Of a stretch of 64,000 bases of DNA, positions 54,898 to 63,422 are shown one piece after another. Position 1 is the first letter of the stretch. Every line of letters begins with the position of its first letter. Made by a program: the position numbers and the translations under genes. The notes below the pieces were generated by a model that saw only the letters and a program-made list of their open reading frames with translations, was not told where the DNA came from and did not search any database. The stretch lies in contig BTUM01000020.1 of assembly GCA_045863235.1 (NCBI GenBank), positions 1-64,000 of the forward strand, in the 5' to 3' direction. This DNA is from Candidatus Xenobia bacterium (GTDB lineage: Bacteria; Vulcanimicrobiota; Xenobia; Xenobiales; QWHO01).

Positions 54898-55307
54898 CGC
54901 TCTTGCAGGCCTTCCCGGGTGGACCAGCGAGGGAAGTCGGCCGGCACGCCGGGATGGTTCTGGCCACGGCAGACCACCGTGCAGGAGCGCTGGTCGGGGC
55001 TGACCTGGTAGCCCTCGCGATAGGTCGGTTTGCCGACCGCGGGACAGAGCTGACGGGGATGCTCAGGGTCGAGGGCTTGCATGTAGGGCACCAGAGCCTC
55101 CCAGTCGGGAGGAAAGTGCCCCTCGTGCTCGCGGGCATAGAGCTCGAGGCAGCGCTGGATCCGGATCAGCGCCGTCTGGCAGGCCAGCAGCTGGCCCCGC
55201 TCGCGCGCCCCGGGCTGTAAGATGACCTTGCTCACCAGATAGGGCCCGCCCAGCACAATCAGAAGAGCAAAGCCGACCAGCAGGAGAATGACTTTCTTGC
55301 CGCTCAA
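54894..55307 (-). CDS. Membrane-anchored pilin/GspG-like domain protein
   Basis: N-terminal TM; CQ..L..I...LE.Y...H.G.FP...CP...Y...C.G..H; no class III cleavage site. Confidence 0.55.
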   Translation of the reverse strand: MSGKKVILLLVGFALLIVLGGPYLVSKVILQPGARERGQLLACQTALIRIQRCLELYAREHEGHFPPDWEALVPYMQALDPEHPRQLCPAVGKPTYREGYQVSPDQRSCTVVCRGQNHPGVPADFPRWSTREGLQER

Positions 55308-55381
55308 GAGGGATGGATTCGCGGCCCGCCGGGTGGACCCTGGTCAAGGTGAGCAGTCACCTTCTGTCGAAGCCTCAAAGC

Positions 55382-55576
55382 ATGAAGATCGCCCGGGTTG
55401 TCCGCAAGCTCAAAATGGGGGAAGAGCCGACCGACTTTGCCTATTGGCAGTCGCGCCCCATGGAGGAGCGCCTGGAGGCCCTGCTCGAGATTCGGAGGGA
55501 TTATCACGAGTGGCGCTATGGGTCTGAGCCAGGATTTGAAAGAGTTCTTACAATTACTCGAGACTCACCAGGTTGA
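55382..55576 (+). CDS. Small protein upstream of nucleotidyltransferase (putative antitoxin-like partner)
   Basis: DFAYWQSRPMEERLEALLEIR; overlaps the downstream gene. Confidence 0.65.
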   Translation: MKIARVVRKLKMGEEPTDFAYWQSRPMEERLEALLEIRRDYHEWRYGSEPGFERVLTITRDSPG

Positions 55577-55958
55577 GTATCTCGTAGTTGGAGGGTTCGC
55601 TGTGGCGGCCCACGGCCATCCTCGCTACACCAAAGACATTGACCTCTGGGTTCGGCCCTCAGCCGAGAATGCCCGAAGGCTCGTGCACTGTCTCCAGGAG
55701 TTCGGCTTTGCCTCCTTTGGCATCAAAGCGGAGGATTTCCTTGAGCCGGACGTGGTCATTCAACTCGGTCACCCACCCAACCGTATCGACCTCCTGACCA
55801 GCCCGAGCGGTGTCGACTTTGAAGACTGCTATTCGAAGCGAGTGCGGACTGTGCTCGAGGGGGTGCCGATCAATCTGATCGACCTGGAGAGCTTGAAGGC
55901 GAACAAGCGAGCTTCCGGACGGCATCAGGATCTGGCCGACCTGGAGAACCTGAGTTGA
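55518..55958 (+). CDS. Nucleotidyltransferase superfamily protein (DUF6036/AbiEii-like)
   Basis: VEYLVVGGFAV..HG.PR.TKDIDLW...RIDLL...NK.ASGR.QDLADL. Confidence 0.85.
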   Translation: MGLSQDLKEFLQLLETHQVEYLVVGGFAVAAHGHPRYTKDIDLWVRPSAENARRLVHCLQEFGFASFGIKAEDFLEPDVVIQLGHPPNRIDLLTSPSGVDFEDCYSKRVRTVLEGVPINLIDLESLKANKRASGRHQDLADLENLS

Positions 55959-55968
55959 GAGAGGTTTG

Positions 55969-57015
55969 CTACTCCTCCAGGTCTCCACGCTGGGGCTTGA
56001 GGGGAACGAGCACCGTGCGGTCGGGTGCCTCCACCCGGACGCGGTCCAGGAAGCAGCCTTCGCCGGTCTGGCTGGCGTCGGTCTGCACCCGGAAGCGCAG
56101 CTCCACTGTCTTACCCTGGTAATCCGACAGGTCCAGGCGGTGCTCGCGCCAGTCGGAGCGGCCGGTCACACGCTCCACGGCCGTCCACTGACCGTCCTTG
56201 GGCCGGGCTTCCACGTGCAGGAAGTCGGCCTCGGGCTCGAGGTCGTGGCGCAGGTCGAAGGCCAGCTCAGGCTTCTCGGTCCCGGCCAGCGAGATGGGCT
56301 GGCTCACCAGGCCCAGGTTGCTGAAGTTGCCGTAGCGGCCTCCCGGACTGTCGGTCCAGACCTTGCCACGGCCTTCCTCGTCGACCTTGCCCCAGTGGTC
56401 ATTGCGGTGCAGGATGCCGTGCATGAAACGGCCCAGACGGTCGACGTCGCCGGCTGCTACCGCTTCTGCGTGCTTCTTGGAATGGTAGGCGTAGGTGCCG
56501 ATCTTGCCTACCTGCAAGGCCAGGATGGCGGCCTGGGCAGGCAGCCCGGCCCCGGCTCCGATGGCCGCGAAACTTCCCGCCACGCCGATCTGCAGCACTC
56601 CGGCGATGGTCTGGGCGGTGTCCTTGTGGCGCACACCCTGGACGGCGAGATAGAGGCCCATGGCGCCCACGAAGCCGTTGCCGAGGAGGCCCGGAAGCAT
56701 ACTGCCCGCCCCCAGGCCCATCCGGGCCACGCCGTCGAACATCGCCTCGCGATCGCCGCGCACGTGGCCGCTGTTGAAGCGAGCCGCGCCCAGGCCCATG
56801 ACCTTGAGGCCGTCCAGGATTCCCATGCTGGTCACGGCGCTGTGGTCGGTGGAGCCGATCAGGGCGGCGGTGGTCTCATCCAGGTCCATCAGGCAGAGCA
56901 CGTCGCCCGTCACCTGGGCCGCTCGCGCAGGCAGCGGCTTGGCGGGTGAATGACCCGCAGGCGCACGGGAAGGTTCGCGACAGGTTGCCACGCTCAGTTG
57001 CACCCCTTGATCCAA
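55969..57015 (-). CDS. Hypothetical protein: Gly-rich TM region plus C-terminal MAM/InhA-like beta-sandwich
   Basis: WTDSPGGRY.N...L.S.PISL...L.FD..HDLE...D...W....DLS.Y.G..V.LRFR..TD...G..LD. Confidence 0.6.
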   Translation of the reverse strand: MDQGVQLSVATCREPSRAPAGHSPAKPLPARAAQVTGDVLCLMDLDETTAALIGSTDHSAVTSMGILDGLKVMGLGAARFNSGHVRGDREAMFDGVARMGLGAGSMLPGLLGNGFVGAMGLYLAVQGVRHKDTAQTIAGVLQIGVAGSFAAIGAGAGLPAQAAILALQVGKIGTYAYHSKKHAEAVAAGDVDRLGRFMHGILHRNDHWGKVDEEGRGKVWTDSPGGRYGNFSNLGLVSQPISLAGTEKPELAFDLRHDLEPEADFLHVEARPKDGQWTAVERVTGRSDWREHRLDLSDYQGKTVELRFRVQTDASQTGEGCFLDRVRVEAPDRTVLVPLKPQRGDLEE

Positions 57016-57227
57016 TCATTTTGCTCTCAAAGATCTCTGAAGACGACAAAGCCCTCCATGAGCGAACCGTGGCCCAGATCTCTGCGAAACGCCCGGAGTG
57101 GTCCTGGTCGGGTGGACAGCGGCCGGGGCCTCGAGCTGGTCAGGGTCGGCGAAGTGCGGCACCCTGACGATCCGTTGCGTCCCGGCTCACGAGGGAACGC
57201 AGCCGCACCGCGCGAAGCGCCCGGCTT

Positions 57228-59819
57228 ATGAGCGAGATCCCCCAGAAGTACGACCACAATGCCGCCGAAGAGCGCTGGATGAAGCTGTGGGAGGAGTCCG
57301 GCATCTACCGCTGGGATCCCACCCGTTCGCGCGAAGAAACGTTTGTGGTGGACACCCCGCCCCCCACGGTGAGCGGCTCGCTCCACGTGGGACACGTCTT
57401 CTCCTACACCCACCAGGATCTGATTGTGCGCTACCAGCGCATGCGGGGCAAGAACATCGCCTACCCGATGGGCTGGGACGACAACGGACTGCCCACCGAG
57501 CGGCGGGTGCAGAACATCTTCGGAATCCGCTGCAACCCGCGCCTGCCCTATGACCCCGAATGGAAGCCCCGGCGCGACAAGCCTGACAACGACGTGGAGG
57601 AAGTCTCCCGGCGCAACTTCATCGAAGCCTGCGCCCTGGTGACGGTGGAGGACGAGGCTGCCTTCGAAGCCCTCTGGCGCCGGCTGGGCCTCTCGGTCGA
57701 CTGGCGAGAGACTTACGCTACTATCGACGCCCACTGCCGCAAGATCTCCCAGCTCTCGTTCCTGGACCTGGTGGAGAAGGGTCAGGTCTACCAGGTGGAG
57801 GCGCCCACCATGTGGGACATCGACTTTCAGACCGCCGTGGCCCAGGCCGAGGTGGAGGACCGCGAGCGGGACAGCTTCTACCACGACATCCGCTTTCAGG
57901 TCGAGGGGGGCGGCGACTTCGTCATCTCCACCACCCGCCCCGAGCTGCTGGCCGCCTGCGTGGCGGTGGCCGCCCACCCCGACGACGAGCGCTTCAAGCC
58001 GCTCTTTGGCAAGCGAGCCATCACCCCGCTCTTTCACGCCGCCGTGCCCATCGTGCCGGCCGAGCATGCCGACCCCGAGAAGGGCACGGGGATCTTGATG
58101 GTCTGCACCTTCGGCGATTCGGCCGACGTGGACTTCTGGAAGAAGTCGGGCCTGCCGCTCAAGCAGGTGGTCAGCTTGCAGGGCACGCTCTTGCCCGTGA
58201 CCTTCGGCACCGAGCCCTTCAGCAGCCTCGATCCGGCCGCCGCCCAGGTGGCCTACGATCAGCTGGCCGGCCAGCACCTCAAGAAGGCCCGGGCCCGCGT
58301 GGTGGAGCTTCTGGCCGAGGCCGGGGCCGGAGTGGGGGAGCCGCGCCCCACCAAGCAGTTCGTCAAGTTCTATGAGAAGGGCGACAGGCCGCTCGAGTTC
58401 GTGTCCAGCCGGCAGTGGTTCATCCGCCTGCTCGAGCACAAGGAGAAGCTGCTCGAGATGAGCCGCAAGATCGAGTGGCATCCGAGTCACATGCGCCTGC
58501 GGGTGGAGCACTGGATCGAGGGCCTCAACCAGGACTGGGCGGTGAGCCGCCAGCGTTACTTCGGAGTGGCCTTCCCGGTCTGGTATCCGGTCGACCAGGA
58601 CGGCCAGCCCGACCACCAGCAGCCGATCTACGCCAGCAAGGAGAGTCTGCCGGTGGATCCGCTCTCGGACGTGCCCCCGGGCTACACCGAGGCCCAGCGC
58701 AACCAGCCGGGCGGCTTTACCGGCGACCCGGACGTGATGGACACCTGGGCCACCTCCTCGATGAGCCCTCAGATCATGAGCCACTGGGGCATCGATCCCA
58801 AGCGCCACGGGCGCCTGTTCCCGATGGATGTGCGCCCGCAGTCGCACGAGATCATCCGCACCTGGGCCTTCTACACCATCGTGAAGGCCTGGATGCACGA
58901 GGACACGATTCCCTGGAAAAACGTGACCATCAGCGGCTGGATCCTCGACCCGGACCGCAAGAAGATGAGCAAGTCCCGGGGCAACGTGGTCACCCCGGGG
59001 CACCTGCTGGAAAAGCACTCTTCTGACTCGGTGCGCTACTGGGCTGCCCGCGCTCGCCTGGGCACCGACACCGCTTTTGACGAGAAGGTGATGGAGCAGG
59101 GCTCGAAGCTTCGCACCAAGCTGTTCAACGCCAGCAAGTTCGTGCTGGGGGTCATGGAGCGCTCGGGCGCCAGGGCGGGAGGCCCGGACCAGATCACTCA
59201 CCCGCTCGATCTGGCGATGGCCGCCAACCTGAGCGAGCTGGTGCGCCAGGCCACTGAGAGCTTCGACCGCTTCGACTACGCCGGGGCCCTTTCGGCCACG
59301 GAGGACTTCTTCTGGAACTTCTGCGACGACTACGTCGAGCTGGTCAAGCGCCGCAGCTACGAAGAGGAAGACTCGCCTGGCCGCCGCTCGGCCCTGGCCG
59401 CCCTCAAGCTTGGCCTGGAGACATTGCTGCGCCTGTTCGCGCCCACCATGCCGTACGTGACCGAGGAGATCTGGTCGTGGCGCCATCCCGGTTCGATCCA
59501 CAAGGCAGCCTGGCCGTCCGAGGACGAGTTCGCCACCGGCGGACGCGTCGAGCACCCGCAGGCCTATGCCTGTGCCGTGGAAGTGCTCAAGAAGGCTCGC
59601 ATGGCCAAGACCGAGGGCAAGAAGAACCTGCGCTGGCCCATCGCCAGACTCGAGGTGGTGGGCAAGGAGGAGGACCTCGCGGCCCTGCGCACCGTGCTCG
59701 ACGATGTGCTGCAGGCCGGCGCGGTGGAGCCGGAGGGCGTCACCTTGCAGGCCGGGGAAGCTGGCGGGTCGGAGCGCTTTGTGGTGAAGGCGGTGCTGGC
59801 CGAGTCCGGAGCGAGCTGA
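57228..59819 (+). CDS. valS: Valine--tRNA ligase
   Basis: DTPPPTVSGSLHVGH, GWDDNGLPTER, TTRPELL, GTG.LM.CTFGD, W.VSRQR, DVMDTW, KMSKS. Confidence 0.97.
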   Translation: MSEIPQKYDHNAAEERWMKLWEESGIYRWDPTRSREETFVVDTPPPTVSGSLHVGHVFSYTHQDLIVRYQRMRGKNIAYPMGWDDNGLPTERRVQNIFGIRCNPRLPYDPEWKPRRDKPDNDVEEVSRRNFIEACALVTVEDEAAFEALWRRLGLSVDWRETYATIDAHCRKISQLSFLDLVEKGQVYQVEAPTMWDIDFQTAVAQAEVEDRERDSFYHDIRFQVEGGGDFVISTTRPELLAACVAVAAHPDDERFKPLFGKRAITPLFHAAVPIVPAEHADPEKGTGILMVCTFGDSADVDFWKKSGLPLKQVVSLQGTLLPVTFGTEPFSSLDPAAAQVAYDQLAGQHLKKARARVVELLAEAGAGVGEPRPTKQFVKFYEKGDRPLEFVSSRQWFIRLLEHKEKLLEMSRKIEWHPSHMRLRVEHWIEGLNQDWAVSRQRYFGVAFPVWYPVDQDGQPDHQQPIYASKESLPVDPLSDVPPGYTEAQRNQPGGFTGDPDVMDTWATSSMSPQIMSHWGIDPKRHGRLFPMDVRPQSHEIIRTWAFYTIVKAWMHEDTIPWKNVTISGWILDPDRKKMSKSRGNVVTPGHLLEKHSSDSVRYWAARARLGTDTAFDEKVMEQGSKLRTKLFNASKFVLGVMERSGARAGGPDQITHPLDLAMAANLSELVRQATESFDRFDYAGALSATEDFFWNFCDDYVELVKRRSYEEEDSPGRRSALAALKLGLETLLRLFAPTMPYVTEEIWSWRHPGSIHKAAWPSEDEFATGGRVEHPQAYACAVEVLKKARMAKTEGKKNLRWPIARLEVVGKEEDLAALRTVLDDVLQAGAVEPEGVTLQAGEAGGSERFVVKAVLAESGAS

Positions 59820-59825
59820 GCTGGG

Positions 59826-60602
59826 CTATTGGCAGATCGCCGAGTAGGCCGCGGCCAGCCTGAGGCAACGCTCGCGGTCGAGCGGCCCGGACCAGTGGCC
59901 GCCCTGCTTGATCCACGAGCCCACGATCAGTCCGTTCGCAGCCCGCAGGGCCGAGAGCTGGTCGGGGGTGACGCCTGAGCCGACCAACACCGGCAGGCCG
60001 GTGGCGGCTTTGACCTCGGCCAGGTCTTCCGGCCGGGTGGGCTGGCCGGTCGAGGTGCCGGTGACGATCAGCCCGTCGGCCCCGAAGAACTCGGCCCCGC
60101 GGGCGGCCTCGGCCAGGCTCAGGTCGGCGGTCAGGGCGTGGGAGGCGTGCTTTTTCTTGATGTCGGCGTAGACCTGCACGCCCTGGGCCCCGATCGCGCG
60201 CCGGTAGCGCAGCAGGGGACCGGCTTCGGCCCGCTCGAGCAAGCCCTCGTCGGCCACATGGGCGAAAACGAAGTTCTCCACCCGCACGAATTCGGCTCCG
60301 ATGGCCAGGGCCACGGCCACCGCCTCGCGGGCACCCCCCGAGAGGATCTGCACCCCCATGCGAAGCTCGGGCACGGCCTGGCGCACGGCGATGCCGATGC
60401 GGGTCATCACGGCCACGGTTTCGGGGGGGTGCTGGCCATGCACGTAGGGCGTATCGTGCATGTTCTCCAGGATCAGCCCGCCGAAGCCGGTCTCGGCCAG
60501 GATGCGAGCTTCCAGCACCGCCTGCTCCACCAGCCGCTCTACGCCGTCCTGGGAGCGGGGCGAGCCGGGCAGGGGCAGGGCATGGACCATGCCGATGAGC
60601 AC
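59826..60602 (-). CDS. BtpA/SgcQ family protein
   Basis: IGMVHALPLPGSP, ENMHDTPY, ADIKKKH, DGLIVTG..TG, VGSGVT, IVGS. Confidence 0.9.
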   Translation of the reverse strand: MLIGMVHALPLPGSPRSQDGVERLVEQAVLEARILAETGFGGLILENMHDTPYVHGQHPPETVAVMTRIGIAVRQAVPELRMGVQILSGGAREAVAVALAIGAEFVRVENFVFAHVADEGLLERAEAGPLLRYRRAIGAQGVQVYADIKKKHASHALTADLSLAEAARGAEFFGADGLIVTGTSTGQPTRPEDLAEVKAATGLPVLVGSGVTPDQLSALRAANGLIVGSWIKQGGHWSGPLDRERCLRLAAAYSAICQ

Positions 60603-60606
60603 GGGC

Positions 60607-61239
60607 TCAGTCCTCGATGGCCACCTGCTGGCGGCAGAGGAAGTCCACCAGGTCGTCCACCGCTTGCCCGTAGCACACCTTGCGGCCGTCCGAGCCCTGG
60701 GTCCAGTCGCAACCCGGCGGGATGGCCACCTTGCGGCCATCGCTGCTCAGCGTCCAGTCCCCTCCGGGAGGAACGGCCACCTTGCGTCCGTCCGGGCCCT
60801 GGGTCCAGGTGTAGCCGTGCGGAATGGCAACGCGGCGCCCGTCCGGGCCCTCGGTCCAGTCGCCGCCAGAGGGAACGGCCACGCGGCGCCCGTCGCGACC
60901 CTCGGTCCAGGTCCAGCCCTGGGGTACGGCAATGCGGCGCCCATCACGCCCCTCGGTCCAGTCGCCGCCAGGGGGGATGGCCACCCGTCGGCCATCGCGC
61001 CCATCGGTCCAGTCCCAGTTATGGGGCAGGGCGATCTTGCGCCCGTCGCGGCCGTAGGTCACGTCGTCTTCAGCCGGGTAAGCCACCCTCCGTCCGTCGC
61101 GGCCCTCGGCCCAGTCCCAGCCCTCGGGCACGGCCACCCGCCGGCCGTCCGAGCCGTTGCACCAGGTTCCCCGGGCTGCGCCGAGGCTGGCCGCCGGCAG
61201 GCGGGACGGAACTTGGTAGGGCGTGGCGGTGATGCGCAT
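60607..61239 (-). CDS. Hypothetical protein composed of ten 17-aa W-T-x-G-x-D-G-R-R/K-V-A-x-P repeats
   Basis: Ten DGR units at an exact 17-aa period with synonymous divergence; GGAG RBS. Confidence 0.8.
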   Translation of the reverse strand: MRITATPYQVPSRLPAASLGAARGTWCNGSDGRRVAVPEGWDWAEGRDGRRVAYPAEDDVTYGRDGRKIALPHNWDWTDGRDGRRVAIPPGGDWTEGRDGRRIAVPQGWTWTEGRDGRRVAVPSGGDWTEGPDGRRVAIPHGYTWTQGPDGRKVAVPPGGDWTLSSDGRKVAIPPGCDWTQGSDGRKVCYGQAVDDLVDFLCRQQVAIED

Positions 61240-61317
61240 GGCGTGATGACTCCCCGGATTTTGGGCCAGTCTATCCCAGCGCGCGCTCCAGGGTTTTGTG
61301 GGAATGTTACAGGAGCG

Positions 61318-62457
61318 TCAGACGGGTACCTCGGCCACCGCCATGGGATGATCCGAGATCTGCACGCCGTGCGCGTCGTGGAGCTTGAATCCCTCGAACT
61401 CGGCTGGGCCGGCGGCGTTCTTGGTGTTGACGAAGTCGATGTGGAAGGCGTGCACCTCGTGGCCGGCCTGGCGCAGCTCATTGGCCAGCGAGCTGTCCGC
61501 GCCGCCGTTGAGGTCGCCCCCTCCGACCACCAGCTGGCCGGGCTCGGCCTGACGCGCCAGCTCGTCCATCACTGCCTCGCGCGCCTCGGTTCGCTGGGCG
61601 TCGGTATAGTTGTGGGTGGGCATGTGGGTGTTCCAGAGCAGCGCCTCGCGCCCGCCGGGAAGGCGGACCTCCACGGTCTGAAGGCTGCGCGGCTCTTGCC
61701 CGTCGCCCTGCAGGGCCCACTCCTTGAGCTCCTGGAGCCCGCTTCCGTCGTTGAGCAGCACCCGGTTGGAATGGGCCGTCACCTCAAGGTCGGGGTGCAC
61801 CAGGGTTAGATTGCCCTGCAGCAGCGTGGTCTGGGAATAATAGCCGTGCATCGAGAGGCCTTCCACCAGCTCGTCCACGTGGCCGGGGGAGACCTCCTGG
61901 AGCAGGTAGACGTCGGCCTGCCGATCCTTCATGGCGGCGATCATCTCGTCGAGCTGCGGCCTGGCCCCGTCGGCATCGCGGCTGCGCTCGTGGTGCAGGT
62001 TCCAGGTGACTACCTTCAGGTCTCCACCGTCCACCGCCTGCCAGCCCGGGCGGCCGTCCGTCGTGGTGATCTGATTGTGCGACGATTCCAGGTTGCGCGC
62101 GGCGTCGGGCAGCGAGGGGATGCCCTCCAGAATGCGCCAGGCGTGAGCACCCTTCACCCCCAACTCGGGGGAGATGCACAGTCCCTGCTCGGTCAGAGCC
62201 ACTGGAGCGGCCTGGGCGCACACTGGCGCGTGGGCCAGCGCATAGCTTCCCGCTCCCGCGGCCGTGCCCACCACGCCCAGGGCCAGCATCGAGCCCAGCG
62301 CCAGCTTGCGCAGCCGATGGCCCTTCTGCTCAGGCTCCTGTTCGTCGGTCTCGGGCTGCGGCAGGTAAGCGTCCGCCGGCCCGCTCTCCGGCGGGGCATA
62401 GCGCACGCCGGGCACGCCCTTGTAAGCTGTGGTGCTGGTGATGCTGGTCGCTTCCAT
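61318..62457 (-). CDS. Endonuclease/exonuclease/phosphatase family protein with N-terminal TM segment
   Basis: VVTWNLH, LLQEV, NTH, GGDLN, IDFV, SDH. Confidence 0.85.
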   Translation of the reverse strand: MEATSITSTTAYKGVPGVRYAPPESGPADAYLPQPETDEQEPEQKGHRLRKLALGSMLALGVVGTAAGAGSYALAHAPVCAQAAPVALTEQGLCISPELGVKGAHAWRILEGIPSLPDAARNLESSHNQITTTDGRPGWQAVDGGDLKVVTWNLHHERSRDADGARPQLDEMIAAMKDRQADVYLLQEVSPGHVDELVEGLSMHGYYSQTTLLQGNLTLVHPDLEVTAHSNRVLLNDGSGLQELKEWALQGDGQEPRSLQTVEVRLPGGREALLWNTHMPTHNYTDAQRTEAREAVMDELARQAEPGQLVVGGGDLNGGADSSLANELRQAGHEVHAFHIDFVNTKNAAGPAEFEGFKLHDAHGVQISDHPMAVAEVPV

Positions 62458-62583
62458 CCAGGCTTTCAGGATAGCACCGGTCGGCGCCCCCCCGGGAGAA
62501 ATTCATGTTACCGGACTGCAACCGATGTTAAAGTTCCTGGCCACGCCCTGCCGGTCAGGGACCCCTCTTCTGTGTGCTCGAGA

Positions 62584-62621
62584 AATCTGTAGTGTAAGTT
62601 TTGGATCTTACACTACAGATT
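62584..62621. repeat. Perfect 15-bp inverted repeat
   Basis: aatctgtagtgtaag-ttttggat-cttacactacagatt. Confidence 0.85.
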
Positions 62622-62643
62622 CCATGAGCGAGCCAAACCACGA

Positions 62644-62711
62644 GCAGGCTGACGCAAAACCGGTGGTGGTGTCGAAGCGTGCCCTGCACAATACATTGTG
62701 GTCTCGGAGCT
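62644..62711. repeat. Second copy of the dispersed modular repeat at 36544
   Basis: gcaggctgacgcaaaaccggtggtggtgtcgaagc is 32/35 identical to 36544-36578; the following segment resembles the reverse complement of ~36581-36613. Confidence 0.75.
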
Positions 62712-62798
62712 ATACCAGTGTCGGAGTGACCCTCCGCCACCCCGGGACCGACCGAACGCTCGGCAGTCGGGCGGGGGTCGATGGCCGCGCCCGGGGGA

Positions 62799-63422
62799 TC
62801 AGGAAGCCTGACCGATGCCCGAGTGCATGGAGGGGCCGGGGGGCTGCGAGCGCACGATACGGGCTTCGGCCTCGAGCAGCTCCTGCCAGCGCGCCCGCAC
62901 CCGCCTGGGGGCAGCCACCTTGTTGGCCAGGCGCAGGAAAACTTTGTAGTGTCCGTGCTCGGAGGCCCACAGGCTCTTGTAGAGCTTGGCCAGCTCGGCG
63001 TCGGGGGCGTGCTCGGAGAGCAGATGGAAGCGCTCGCACGAACGAAGCTCGATCAAGGATGAGATCAGCAGCCGGTCGACCAGCTCGTCGCGGCCCTGGC
63101 CCAGGCGGATCTCCTTGCGCAGGTCGGCGGCATAGCGGTTCTTGTGCAGGCGCGAGAGCTCGCCTCCGCGCCGGGCCAGCAGGCGCGTCACGATGGCCAG
63201 ATGCTCGGCCTCGTCCTTGGCGATCAGGGTGAGCGTGTTGACCCACTCGTCGGGAGGGTTGGCGTCGGGCCACTGATTCAGGAGGGAGAGCGCGTTGCTG
63301 GCGGCCTTGCGTTCGAGGTGGGCGTGGTCGTTGAGCAGGGCCACAACGTCGGAGAGGGCCTGCTCGGCCCATTCCGGCGGGGTGAGCCAGGCCAGCGGGA
63401 GATCGTCAATTTTTCCAGCCAT
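62799..63422 (-). CDS. miaE: tRNA-(ms2io6A) hydroxylase MiaE-like ferritin-fold protein
   Basis: L.DHA..E.KAA..A, DEAEH, DRLL...LIE.RSCERF, Y..L..SE..H. Confidence 0.85.
   Translation of the reverse strand: MAGKIDDLPLAWLTPPEWAEQALSDVVALLNDHAHLERKAASNALSLLNQWPDANPPDEWVNTLTLIAKDEAEHLAIVTRLLARRGGELSRLHKNRYAADLRKEIRLGQGRDELVDRLLISSLIELRSCERFHLLSEHAPDAELAKLYKSLWASEHGHYKVFLRLANKVAAPRRVRARWQELLEAEARIVRSQPPGPSMHSGIGQAS

Noticed and set aside
57027..59555. 842-aa minus-strand ORF (likewise 7570-9216, 29660-31174, 18678-20309, 45778-47202)
   Set aside because: Antisense to well-supported genes such as valS and the ALDH.
62687..62700. NrdR-box-like palindrome CACAATACATTGTG (also 36593-36606)
   Set aside because: Single boxes embedded in a dispersed repeat, with no ribonucleotide reductase genes adjacent; not called as NrdR sites.
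62625..62760. Short ORF start MSEPNHEQ... as a transposase fragment
   Set aside because: No transposase motifs; it overlaps the non-coding repeat.
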